A stretch of DNA of 64,000 bases, taken from an uncultured Ignavibacteria bacterium. Lineage in GTDB: Bacteria; Zixibacteria; MSB-5A5; CAIYYT01. This document shows, one piece after another, positions 26,282-35,337 of this stretch. Both the position numbers and the translations under genes were made by a program. Every line of letters begins with the position of its first letter. The stretch's first letter is position 1. Under the pieces are notes generated by a model, which was not told the origin of the DNA, searched no databases, and worked only from the letters and a program-made list of their open reading frames with translations. The stretch lies in assembly GCA_964617645.1 (NCBI GenBank), contig CAZTYE010000007.1, forward strand, positions 88,203 to 152,202, read 5' to 3'.

Positions 26282-28489
26282 ATGTCATCCCGAAGCTTGA
26301 TCGCTGTAGCAACTGCAATCTTGATGGTCATTCTCTTCAGCGTCGCCGGCGTTGCAGAGCAATTGTCGCAGGTGAAAGTTTCCATCAGCTCCCGCGACGA
26401 ACTTTCCCGCCTTGGGCAGCTTCATCTCGATGAAGTTGAGGCCGAAGATGGTAGCGTGATTGTCGTTGTCACGCACAACCAACTGCAGCTATTGGCTCAA
26501 AGTGGTCTATCCTACAGTATTGAGATCCCCGATTTGAAGGCGTTTTTCAAGAGCAGATTCGAGCCGGGCCGGGCCATGGGCGGCTATCGGACGCTGGCGG
26601 AAATCGAATTGGTAATGGACTCGATCGCCAACGCCAATCCAACGATCGTGAAGCCGAAGTGGTCGATCGGCAACACCATTGAGGGTCGACCGATCTACGT
26701 GATGAAGATCTCCGATAACCCCAACGTCGACGAAAGCGAACCCGAGGTATACTACTACGCGGCAATCCATGCTCGCGAGGTAATCACGCCGGAAGTGCTG
26801 ATCTACTTAATGCGGCACCTGACGAATTCCTACGGTGTGAACCCGGCGGTGACAGAGCTGGTAAACAGCCGCGAGATTTTTGTGTCGTGCGTCACCAATC
26901 CGGACGGTTACTACTACAACGAGTTTACCGATCCGGACGGCGGCGGCATGTGGCGGAAGAATCGCCGCGCGAATCCCGGCGGAACTTTCGGCGTCGATCT
27001 CAATCGCAATTTCGGATATCAATGGGGCTACGATAATTCCGGATCTTCGCCTGATCCCGAGGACCTGACATATCGGGGAAGCGGCCCGTTTTCGGAGCCG
27101 GAAACGCAAGCGCTGCGTGATTTCTGTATCGCCCGCAATTTCAAGGTCATTCTGACCTACCATTCCTATTCCGACTTGTTGCTCTGGCCCTGGGGCTATT
27201 TTACCGGCTACACTCCCGATCAGGATATATTCGAGCAAATTGGCGACACAATCCGCGCTATGGCCGGCTATCAAATCGGGACGCCGTGGGAGTTGTTGTA
27301 CCCCGTAAACGGCTCGACCGACGACTGGGGCTACGGCGAGCAGACACTGAAAGACAAAGCGTATTCGATGACCATTGAGGTCGGATCGAGTAGTGACAAT
27401 TTCTGGCCGCCAACGAATCGCATTACACCGCTGGTCCAGAAGAATCTCAACCCCAACCTGTTTGTCGCACGCATCGCCGACCGCCCGGAGAAGCTGCGGG
27501 TTCCGGTTTTTCCGACAATTTATCCAGTCGGCCTCATTCAAACGACAACCGTTGATCTCTACTGGCACCATGTCGATGCCGAAAATCCTGCCGTGAGTTT
27601 CGAGCTGGAGCAATTATCGAACAAGCAACGAGTCGCGGACAATCTCGAGGCGGGAAATAGCAATTGGCTTGAGAGCGGGTTTGCGATCTCAACTACCAGA
27701 GCGAAGTCGGGGACAAAATCCTACTTTGGCGGCTTTGGCGCCAACCAGAACAACGGAGTGACAACGAAATTTCCTACTGTGGTCAATTCCGGAGATAGCC
27801 TGAAATTCTGGATCTGGTACGACACCGAAAATAACTACGACTACGGATACGTTCAGGTATCGAGCAACGGCGGTCAAAGCTGGACGAACATCGCCGGCAA
27901 TATTACGACCACTAACAATCCCTTCGGGCAGAATCTGGGCAACGGCATCACCGGCAGTAGCGGTAGTGCGTGGGTGTTCGCCAAGTTCAGCCTCGCGGCT
28001 TTTGCTGGACAGGACGTACTGATTCGGTTCAAGTACATTACCGACGGCTTCGTCAATAACCCCGGAATCTGGATCGACGATGTCGAATCGATCGACGCCT
28101 TCGGCACACAATTGATGCTCTCGACCACGCTCACCGATACAACATTTCAAGTCACCGGCTTGACGCAGGATGATTATTACTACCGCGTGCGCGCCAAAGA
28201 TGCCGAGGGTCAGTACTCCGCCTACAGCGCGCTTGAACAGGTTACCGTTTCGCTGTGCGACTGGCTGGTGGGTGACGCCGACAACTCCGGTGGGTACTCG
28301 ATTGCCGACGCGGTTTTTGTTATCAACTACATTTTCAGTGGGGGAGTTGCTCCGCAGCCGAATGTCGTCGGGTCCGGCGATACCGACTGTAGCGGCGCGG
28401 TGAGTATTGCCGACGCGGTCTACCTGATCAACCACATCTTTTCTGGTGGGCCCGGGCCGGCGCCGTCCTGCGACTGTCTCGATTTCTAA
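26282..28489 (+). CDS. secreted M14-family zinc carboxypeptidase with C-terminal dockerin-like double repeat
   Basis: Signal peptide. M14 motifs HAREVITPE (zinc His/Glu) and TYHSYSDLLLWPWGY. C-terminus GDADNSGGYSIADAVFVINYIFSGG…GDTDCSGAVSIADAVYLINHIFSGGPGP…CDC. The same ~70-aa tail as the 22414 gene. Confidence 0.8.
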   Translation: MSSRSLIAVATAILMVILFSVAGVAEQLSQVKVSISSRDELSRLGQLHLDEVEAEDGSVIVVVTHNQLQLLAQSGLSYSIEIPDLKAFFKSRFEPGRAMGGYRTLAEIELVMDSIANANPTIVKPKWSIGNTIEGRPIYVMKISDNPNVDESEPEVYYYAAIHAREVITPEVLIYLMRHLTNSYGVNPAVTELVNSREIFVSCVTNPDGYYYNEFTDPDGGGMWRKNRRANPGGTFGVDLNRNFGYQWGYDNSGSSPDPEDLTYRGSGPFSEPETQALRDFCIARNFKVILTYHSYSDLLLWPWGYFTGYTPDQDIFEQIGDTIRAMAGYQIGTPWELLYPVNGSTDDWGYGEQTLKDKAYSMTIEVGSSSDNFWPPTNRITPLVQKNLNPNLFVARIADRPEKLRVPVFPTIYPVGLIQTTTVDLYWHHVDAENPAVSFELEQLSNKQRVADNLEAGNSNWLESGFAISTTRAKSGTKSYFGGFGANQNNGVTTKFPTVVNSGDSLKFWIWYDTENNYDYGYVQVSSNGGQSWTNIAGNITTTNNPFGQNLGNGITGSSGSAWVFAKFSLAAFAGQDVLIRFKYITDGFVNNPGIWIDDVESIDAFGTQLMLSTTLTDTTFQVTGLTQDDYYYRVRAKDAEGQYSAYSALEQVTVSLCDWLVGDADNSGGYSIADAVFVINYIFSGGVAPQPNVVGSGDTDCSGAVSIADAVYLINHIFSGGPGPAPSCDCLDF

Positions 28490-28880
28490 TTTCGTGGCAA
28501 CTTGTCAGAAAAATAAATTGGCGGGAATCTTTTGGGATTCCCGCCAGTGGATAGTTTGGTAAGACACTACTGGCCAAGATAACTCAAGTAACAGCAATTG
28601 ATGTGCCAATCGTCTGGAACAAGGCAAAATGCTAAACAACAACGGTTTAACATTTCGGCCTCGTTATTTTGCGACCGCAACTGTCGGATTATTGGACACA
28701 CGAACAACGCCTTGCTCTTTCTGCATATCGTAACGTCTTACGCGATAACGTATTAGAATGCTGTAAAGAGACGATTACAGGAAATTGAGATTTTCGCTCC
28801 GGCTGCCTCAAGCTGCTCAGAACTCCCAGCGCGCAATTATTTTTTTCGCGAACTAATTGAAGAGTATAATCTCCGAAGCG

Positions 28881-30080
28881 ATGACTGATTCCGGCTCAGA
28901 AATGGTCTATACGGTCGCTCAATTGACGAGAGCGATCAAGGAAGTACTCGAAGGAGAATTTACCTCAGTTTGGGTGGAAGGCGAGATTTCGAATTACCTT
29001 CATCACACGTCAGGGCATCGTTACTTCACACTCAAAGATTCCGAGGCACAACTCAAGGCGGTGATTTGGAAGTTTTCCGCATCGGGTCTGTCGTTTCAGC
29101 CCAAGGATGGTCTCAAGGTGAGAGCATTCGGTGATATCACGCTCTATGAAAAGGGCGGATACTATCAACTGAGGGTGATTCGGCTTCTTCCACAGGGAAA
29201 GGGATCTCTTGAGGAGCAATTCCAGCGCCTGAAGGCCAAATTGGCGGCCGAAGGACTTTTCGATGAAGAACGCAAACGGGCGATTCCGCAGTATCCGCAA
29301 GCCATTGGCATCGTGACCTCGCCGACGGGAGCCGCGGTCCGGGACATTCTCAATATCTGTCGCCGTCGCGCGCCGATGGTAAGGCTGATATTGCGACCCA
29401 CAAAGGTGCAGGGCGATGGCGCGGCTGAGGACATTGCCGACGCAATTCGCGAATTCAATCAGTTTAGAGCGCTTGACACGCTGATCGTGGGTCGCGGCGG
29501 TGGATCGCTCGAAGATCTCTGGGCCTTCAATGAGGAGACCGTGGCGCGCGCGATCTTTGCGTCCGAAATTCCCGTGATTTCCGCCGTAGGACATGAGATC
29601 GATTTTTCGATAGCCGATTTCGTTGCCGATCTACGGGCTGCGACGCCTTCGGCGGCGGCGGAGCTTGCAACGTTTGATGCGACAAAACTCGTGGAAACGA
29701 TTCTGGCGGCCACGCAGCGGCTCACAGCGGGATTGCGGCGCCATGCTGACCGCCGGCGGGAGCGCTGGCAGATGCTGCAACGGTCGCGGGTCTTCGCGCA
29801 GCCACTAATGATTCTCGAGCCGTTCGCGCAACAGCGCGATGAAGCGGTTACGGCCTTGACCCACGGGATCGAGCTCCAACTACTTCGCACACGAAATCAC
29901 TATGAGCGGCTTGCCGACCGACTGCAGGCCCTTTCACCGCTTCGCGTGCTGGAGCGCGGTTACGCGGTCGTGCGGCGTCGTGACGACAGTCGGCTGGTCA
30001 AGAGCGCCGAATCGCTAAAGTCCGGAGATGAAGTTGCCATCGAGTTCGTTGACGGCCGTCGCGACGCAACAATCGAATAA
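28881..30080 (+). CDS. xseA: exodeoxyribonuclease VII large subunit
   Basis: OB-fold N-terminus VWVEGEISN…SGHRYFTLKD, catalytic core. Start placed at ATG 28881 by alignment logic to XseA N-termini; the ORF is open from TTG 28857. Confidence 0.85.
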   Translation: MTDSGSEMVYTVAQLTRAIKEVLEGEFTSVWVEGEISNYLHHTSGHRYFTLKDSEAQLKAVIWKFSASGLSFQPKDGLKVRAFGDITLYEKGGYYQLRVIRLLPQGKGSLEEQFQRLKAKLAAEGLFDEERKRAIPQYPQAIGIVTSPTGAAVRDILNICRRRAPMVRLILRPTKVQGDGAAEDIADAIREFNQFRALDTLIVGRGGGSLEDLWAFNEETVARAIFASEIPVISAVGHEIDFSIADFVADLRAATPSAAAELATFDATKLVETILAATQRLTAGLRRHADRRRERWQMLQRSRVFAQPLMILEPFAQQRDEAVTALTHGIELQLLRTRNHYERLADRLQALSPLRVLERGYAVVRRRDDSRLVKSAESLKSGDEVAIEFVDGRRDATIE

Positions 30081-30148
30081 GATTAGATCGTTGCGCGACC
30101 CGTCAAAACGCATATAATGCGGCGTCTTGAATTGGAGAGTGAGAGGCT

Positions 30149-30391
30149 GTGACCGAGCCAGTAGCGACATTTGAAGAAAACCTCAAGCGCCTCGATGAAG
30201 TCGTGGCTCGACTTGAACAGGGCGATCTTCCGCTCGACGAGGCGATCAAGTTGTTTCAGGAGGGCATGCGCCTCGGCAAACTTTGCGGCGAGCGCCTGAC
30301 GGCGGTCGAGACCGAAATCAAACAGTTAGTCGCGGATGCCGGCGGTTTCAAACTGGAGAATTTCGGGATTGTCGGGAGCAAGGATGCCTGA
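30149..30391 (+). CDS. xseB: exodeoxyribonuclease VII small subunit
   Basis: 80 aa, FEENLKRLDEVVARLEQGDLPLDEAIKLFQEG motif. GTG start. Confidence 0.8.
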   Translation: MTEPVATFEENLKRLDEVVARLEQGDLPLDEAIKLFQEGMRLGKLCGERLTAVETEIKQLVADAGGFKLENFGIVGSKDA

Positions 30392-31259
30392 GTTGTTACA
30401 GACGGACCTCGACGCCTTGCGACAGGTGCGAGAAACGGTCGATCGCCGACTTGACGAACTATTGCCGAAAGTCCAGTCGGCGCCTTCGGAGTTGCACGCC
30501 GCGATGCGGTACTCGATTATGGCCGGAGGTAAACGGTTGCGCCCGGTACTGGCCGTTACAGCGTTTACGGCCTGCAACGGCGCTGGCGACAAAATTTACG
30601 ACTGCGCCGCGGCGCTGGAGATGCTGCACACTTACTCGCTGATTCACGACGATCTACCGTGCATGGATGATGACGACTTTCGCCGTGGCCAGCCGACGTT
30701 GCACAAAAAGTACCCCGAGTATATCGCGGTTCTGGCCGGCGACGCACTGCACGCCCTGGCATTCGAGATTCTGGCCGGAAGCGGTGGTCGCGAGATCGTC
30801 ATTGAGGTCAGTCGCGCGATCGGCACACGCGGCATGATCGGCGGCCAGGTGGCGGACGTGCAAGCCGAGGGGCGTCCGGTGACGATTGCCGAAGTGGAGG
30901 CCATTCACCGCCGGAAGACAGCCGCGCTCATTACCTCTTCCGTAAAGATTGGCGCCATGCTGGCGCAAGCCCCGGCGGCGACGATTCTTCAACTCGAACG
31001 ATACGGCGAGAATCTCGGTTTGGCGTTTCAGATCATTGACGATGTCTTGGACATTGAAGGCGATTTTGCCGCTTTGGGCAAATCCGTGGGCGCCGATCAG
31101 TTGCATGAAAAGGCGACCTATCCGAAAGTTGTTGGCGTCGAGGAATCGCGGCGAATCGCCGCCCGATTCATTGAGAACGCCAAGGCGTCGATCCACGATT
31201 TACATTCATGCGAGCCGCTGTGTCGTCTGGCGGATTTCATCTTGGCGCGCGAGCAATAA
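30384..31259 (+). CDS. ispA: polyprenyl (farnesyl/geranylgeranyl) diphosphate synthase
   Basis: FARM LIHDDLPCMDDDDFRRG and SARM FQIIDDVLD. ATG 30384 overlaps the xseB stop by 8 nt. Confidence 0.85.
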   Translation: MPELLQTDLDALRQVRETVDRRLDELLPKVQSAPSELHAAMRYSIMAGGKRLRPVLAVTAFTACNGAGDKIYDCAAALEMLHTYSLIHDDLPCMDDDDFRRGQPTLHKKYPEYIAVLAGDALHALAFEILAGSGGREIVIEVSRAIGTRGMIGGQVADVQAEGRPVTIAEVEAIHRRKTAALITSSVKIGAMLAQAPAATILQLERYGENLGLAFQIIDDVLDIEGDFAALGKSVGADQLHEKATYPKVVGVEESRRIAARFIENAKASIHDLHSCEPLCRLADFILAREQ

Positions 31260-31295
31260 TCAAACCATTTGACTTGGGAATAGTATCATCGTTAT

Positions 31296-33260
31296 ATGGC
31301 CGACCTGCTGAGATCAATAAACAACCCGAAGGACCTGCAGAAGCTCCCGCTTGAATCGTTGCCGCAGTTGGCGTCCGAAGTTCGCGAGGAACTGCTCTCG
31401 GTTTTATCTCAGGTAGGCGGGCATCTCGGCGGCAATCTCGGTGTCGTCGAATTGACGATTGCGCTGCATTATGTCTATGACAGCCCCACTGACCGTTTGG
31501 TCTGGGACACAGGCCACCAGAGCTATGTGCACAAGATACTGACCGGCCGGCGCGATCAACTCAAAACTATTCGTCAGATGGGCGGGCTTTCCGGGTTTGC
31601 GAAAATCACCGAGTCCGAGCACGATGTTTATGGCGCCGGCCACGCTTCGACCTCGATCTCTGCGGCTTTCGGCATGGCCGTGAGTCGCGATTTGTCGGCG
31701 CAAAAACACCACGTCGTTGCCGTTATTGGCGACGGCTCGATGACGGGTGGCATGGCCTTTGAGGCGCTGAACAATTTGGGACATTCCGGCCGCAACATGC
31801 TCGTGGTGCTTAACGACAACTCGATGTCGATCGACAAGAACGTCGGCGCGCTCAACGAGTATCTCACCGAGATGCGCACCGACGAAACCTACAACAAGAT
31901 CAAGGATCACATCTGGGCATTGACCGGAAAGCTGAGCAAAGGTTCGAAAATCCGCGAAGTTGTCGGCCGGATCGACGACGCCGTTAAAGGCGCTCTGGTT
32001 CCCGGCGTGTTTTTCGAGAAACTCGGACTGCGTTACTTCGGCCCGATCGATGGTCACGATGCGCTTGGTCTGGTGAAAACTCTCAGCCATATCAAAGCGC
32101 TTCACGGCCCCATGGTTCTTCATATCCGCACGCAGAAGGGTAAGGGTTACGCCCCCGCAGAAGCCGACGCATGCTGCCTGCATGGTGTCAGCAAGTTCGA
32201 TAAAGTCACCGGAAAATCCGAGAAGACGGGCGGTGTCGCCTACACCAAAGTATTCGGCAAGACAATGGTCGAACTCGGTAAGCTGCATCCGGATTTGGTG
32301 GCTATTACGGCCGCGATGCCGACGGGCACCGGTTTGAGTGAATTTGCCGGCGAGTTTCCGGATCGATTCTTTGATGTCGGCATTGCAGAAATGCACGGCG
32401 CGGTGTTTGCCGCGGGCTTGTCTCGCGAAGGTAAGAAACCGGTGTTCGCCGTTTACTCGACATTTTTGCAGCGTGCATACGATCCTGTGATCCACGATCT
32501 TGCGCTTCAGCATCTGCCGGTGATCTTGGCCCTTGATCGCGCCGGATTAGCCGGCAACGACGGTCCCACGCATCATGGCACGTTCGACATTTCGTACCTG
32601 CGCCCGGTACCCGGCATGGTGATTGTCGCCCCACGCGACGGTACCGAGTTGCGCCAGGCATTGCACCTGGCGGTGGCGAATCTCGCGACGCCGACGGCGA
32701 TAAGGTGGCCGCGTGCTGACATCCCGGAAGCAGCGCTTGATATGAATCGTCCAATGTTCGAGTGGGGAACCTGGGAGGCGCTTGAAGTCGGTGATGACGT
32801 CGCCATTCTCGCGGTTGGAACGATGGTCGAGCAGTCGCTTCAGGCAAGGGCTTTGCTGATGGAGCAAGGGATTAATGCGGCGGTGATCAATTGCCGATTT
32901 GTTAAGCCGTTTGATGAAGCGCGGCTGGTCGAAATTGCCTCGCGATATTCGCGTCTGGTCACGGCGGAGGAAGGCTCTTTGATCGGCGGATTTGGATCGG
33001 GAATCAACGACTGGCTTGCCGATCGGGGGCTTAGCCAGATCAAGTTGTTGCGCTTGGGAATTCCTGATAATTTCGTCGAGCACGGCAGCCGCGAGCAGCT
33101 ATTAGAGATGCTTGGCTTGCACGCCCAAGGCATTGCCGACGCGATCAAACGCTTCGTCGGCGCTGCCGGGACGCGCAGTGGCGCAATCAGAGGTATCGAG
33201 TCGTCGGCAGTCGTCAATCGCATCGCCGACTTAGGGGTCTCGAGCAAAGGCAAGAAGTGA
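31296..33260 (+). CDS. dxs: 1-deoxy-D-xylulose-5-phosphate synthase
   Basis: TPP-binding GHxGxxLG region (GGHLGGNLGVVELTIALHYV), transketolase-like domains. ~30-aa C-terminal extension relative to typical Dxs. Confidence 0.9.
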   Translation: MADLLRSINNPKDLQKLPLESLPQLASEVREELLSVLSQVGGHLGGNLGVVELTIALHYVYDSPTDRLVWDTGHQSYVHKILTGRRDQLKTIRQMGGLSGFAKITESEHDVYGAGHASTSISAAFGMAVSRDLSAQKHHVVAVIGDGSMTGGMAFEALNNLGHSGRNMLVVLNDNSMSIDKNVGALNEYLTEMRTDETYNKIKDHIWALTGKLSKGSKIREVVGRIDDAVKGALVPGVFFEKLGLRYFGPIDGHDALGLVKTLSHIKALHGPMVLHIRTQKGKGYAPAEADACCLHGVSKFDKVTGKSEKTGGVAYTKVFGKTMVELGKLHPDLVAITAAMPTGTGLSEFAGEFPDRFFDVGIAEMHGAVFAAGLSREGKKPVFAVYSTFLQRAYDPVIHDLALQHLPVILALDRAGLAGNDGPTHHGTFDISYLRPVPGMVIVAPRDGTELRQALHLAVANLATPTAIRWPRADIPEAALDMNRPMFEWGTWEALEVGDDVAILAVGTMVEQSLQARALLMEQGINAAVINCRFVKPFDEARLVEIASRYSRLVTAEEGSLIGGFGSGINDWLADRGLSQIKLLRLGIPDNFVEHGSREQLLEMLGLHAQGIADAIKRFVGAAGTRSGAIRGIESSAVVNRIADLGVSSKGKK

Positions 33261-34126
33261 TGCGTTTCGGCATCATCGCCAATCGTAAACGCCCCAACGC
33301 CGATCAGGTTATCAAGCGGGCGCTCAACTGGCTCTCTGCAAACGATCATGAGTACCTGCTCGCGGACGATCTCAGGGAGTTCGCGCCGAAGAACGGCGTA
33401 ACAATCTCGCGCAAGCTGCTCGCCGAGCATTGCGACATGATTATATCGATGGGCGGCGACGGCACGCTTCTGGCGGCGGCCCGCGACGTAGCGCCGCGCG
33501 ATGTGCCGATTCTCGGAATCAATCTTGGATCACTCGGCTTTCTGACGCAGATTGCGGCCGACGAGGTCGAAACGAGGCTGGCGGAAGTCGTCAGCGGGCG
33601 GCACCAGATTCAAAAGCGGATGCTGCTCGAGGCCGTCGTTGTCGGCGATCAATCCGAATCCAAGTATTTTGCGCTGAATGATGTTGTAGTCGATCGCGGG
33701 AGTTTGGCGCGACTGGTGCAACTTGACTTGTATGTGAACGACGAGTTCATTTGTACATACCGTGCCGACGGTTTAATCATCTGCACGCCGACCGGCTCGA
33801 CAGCCTACAATTCGGCAGTCGGCGGCCCGATTCTGAATCCGAACATGGAAGCGATGGTGGCATCACCGATGGCGCCGCAATCGCTGGCGGCGCGGCCGCT
33901 GCTGTTCGCGGCAGACGATGTCATTCTGATTCGCATTTCTTCACCGCAGCATACTTGTCTGATGAGTGTTGATGGCCAGGTCTCGGTCAATCTGACAAAT
34001 CACTCCGCCGTTGTAATCCGAAAGGCCGCCTTCTCCACGAAATTAGTTACTTTCTCGCACAACTCCTTTTACCAGATCCTGCGAAAGAAGCTCCACTGGG
34101 CAGTTTTGCCCCGAAGCGAAAACTGA
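33260..34126 (+). CDS. nadK: NAD(+) kinase
   Basis: GGDGTLL, NDVVV and DGLIICTPTGSTAYNSAVGGPIL motifs. ATG overlaps the dxs stop. Confidence 0.85.
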   Translation: MRFGIIANRKRPNADQVIKRALNWLSANDHEYLLADDLREFAPKNGVTISRKLLAEHCDMIISMGGDGTLLAAARDVAPRDVPILGINLGSLGFLTQIAADEVETRLAEVVSGRHQIQKRMLLEAVVVGDQSESKYFALNDVVVDRGSLARLVQLDLYVNDEFICTYRADGLIICTPTGSTAYNSAVGGPILNPNMEAMVASPMAPQSLAARPLLFAADDVILIRISSPQHTCLMSVDGQVSVNLTNHSAVVIRKAAFSTKLVTFSHNSFYQILRKKLHWAVLPRSEN

Positions 34127-34170
34127 TCGCAAAGCCGGTTGCATTTGCGACTTCCCGTCCACCGAATCAG

Positions 34171-34196
34171 CTAAGTTCGCCGCCGTTTCCTGCCGA
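34171..34196 (+). promoter_or_regulatory. putative sigma-28 promoter (cTAAGTTc-N13-GCCGATAA)
   Basis: Perfect GCCGATAA at 34189-34196 with a TAAGTT -35-like element upstream. Sits ~37 nt upstream of ATG 34233. Confidence 0.35.
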
Positions 34197-34232
34197 TAAA
34201 CTCAGAGACAGGACTGAGGAGCATTGGCATTA

Positions 34233-34442
34233 ATGCGTGAAACGAGAGCTACCACCAAGTGCAAATATACGGACGTTTGTTACTTGGCCGAAGCGCTTCA
34301 GTGCTACGGTTACAAGTTGGACTGCATACTATACACCGAGACCAACGGTGTGCCGGTTACAGAAGAAGAATTTCATGCGGCCATCAATCAACTGATCGAT
34401 AAAGCGAAAGCCGAAGACTTCTACAAAGCCTTCAGTAAGTAG
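34233..34442 (+). CDS. small hypothetical protein (69 aa, 4 Cys), low GC relative to neighbours
   Basis: MRETRATTKCKYTDVCYLAEALQCYGYKLDCILYTETNGVPVTEEEFHAAINQLIDKAKAEDFYKAFSK. ORF GC ~47% against ~60% locally. Flanked by sigma-28-like and sigma-54-like elements. Confidence 0.35.
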   Translation: MRETRATTKCKYTDVCYLAEALQCYGYKLDCILYTETNGVPVTEEEFHAAINQLIDKAKAEDFYKAFSK

Positions 34443-34561
34443 ATTCGTTCTCTTGTGCGGGAATTCCTTTCCGCACCGCACGACATATCAGCGCCAGTCA
34501 CCAGTCATTCACAATTCTCAACCAGATCAAGTTCAACGACTTGCGTTCCCGATGCCGCGTT

Positions 34562-34577
34562 CGGCACGGGGCTTGCC
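34562..34577 (+). promoter_or_regulatory. putative sigma-54 promoter (cGGCACG-N4-TTGCc)
   Basis: GG (34563-4) and GC (34575-6) spaced exactly as in TGGCACG-N4-TTGCW. Sits 22 nt upstream of the flgF ATG. Confidence 0.5.
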
Positions 34578-34598
34578 TTGCTCAGTGCGGAGTAATGC

Positions 34599-35324
34599 AT
34601 GATTAAGGGAATTTTCTCAACCGCCGCCTCGATGATTCCGCGCGTGAAGCAGCAGGAAGTTATCGCCAACAATCTCGCCAATGCCGAGACCGTCGGCTAC
34701 AAGCGCGATTCGCTATTCATGCGCATGGTCAAAAACCAAATGGGACTCAGGGAACGGTTGGCGCCGTCATGGGAGACGCGAATGATCGACAAGCTGTATA
34801 CCGATTATGCGAGCGGCGCATTGGATGCCACCGGTCGCGAACTCGACCTCGCCATTCAAGGCGACGGGTTCTTCACGGTCTTGACGCCAAACGGCGAGGC
34901 GTATACGCGCAACGGCGCGTTCAACGTCGGCGCCGATGGAATGCTGGTCAACTCCGACGGCTTTCCAGTGTTAACCGACGGCGGTCCGGTCGTTCTTCAG
35001 GGCAGCTCACTGACAGTTGCACAGGATGGCCAGATCTCAGTCGGCAATCAGGTTGTCGGCAAGCTGCGCATCGTCGATTTCGTCGAGCCGGAGAGCATCA
35101 AGAAGGTCTCAGGCTCGTTGTTCACGCTCAACCCCGGCGCGGTGCCCGTGACGCCGCAGCAACTGAACGTACGCCAAGGCTATCTCGAAAAATCGAATGT
35201 CGACGTACTGCGCGAGATGGCCAACATGATCGACTCCTACCGCCGCTTCGAGACCGGCCAGAAGATGATCCAGATTCAGGATGACACGCTCGGGAAAGCT
35301 GTCAACGAGCTACCGCGAGTTTAA
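34599..35324 (+). CDS. flgF: flagellar basal-body rod protein FlgF
   Basis: N-terminal rod motif SMIPRVKQQEVIANNLANAETVGYK. C-terminal flg_bbr_C-like YLEKSNVDVLREMANMI. Confidence 0.8.
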   Translation: MIKGIFSTAASMIPRVKQQEVIANNLANAETVGYKRDSLFMRMVKNQMGLRERLAPSWETRMIDKLYTDYASGALDATGRELDLAIQGDGFFTVLTPNGEAYTRNGAFNVGADGMLVNSDGFPVLTDGGPVVLQGSSLTVAQDGQISVGNQVVGKLRIVDFVEPESIKKVSGSLFTLNPGAVPVTPQQLNVRQGYLEKSNVDVLREMANMIDSYRRFETGQKMIQIQDDTLGKAVNELPRV

Positions 35325-35337
35325 GGAGTAGATAGTC

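Noticed and set aside
26807-28435. Minus-strand ORFs inside the M14 peptidase gene
   Set aside because: Antisense to a gene with clear zinc-carboxypeptidase motifs.
31404-33430. Several long minus-strand ORFs inside dxs/nadK
   Set aside because: Antisense to conserved housekeeping genes; Arg/Pro-rich.
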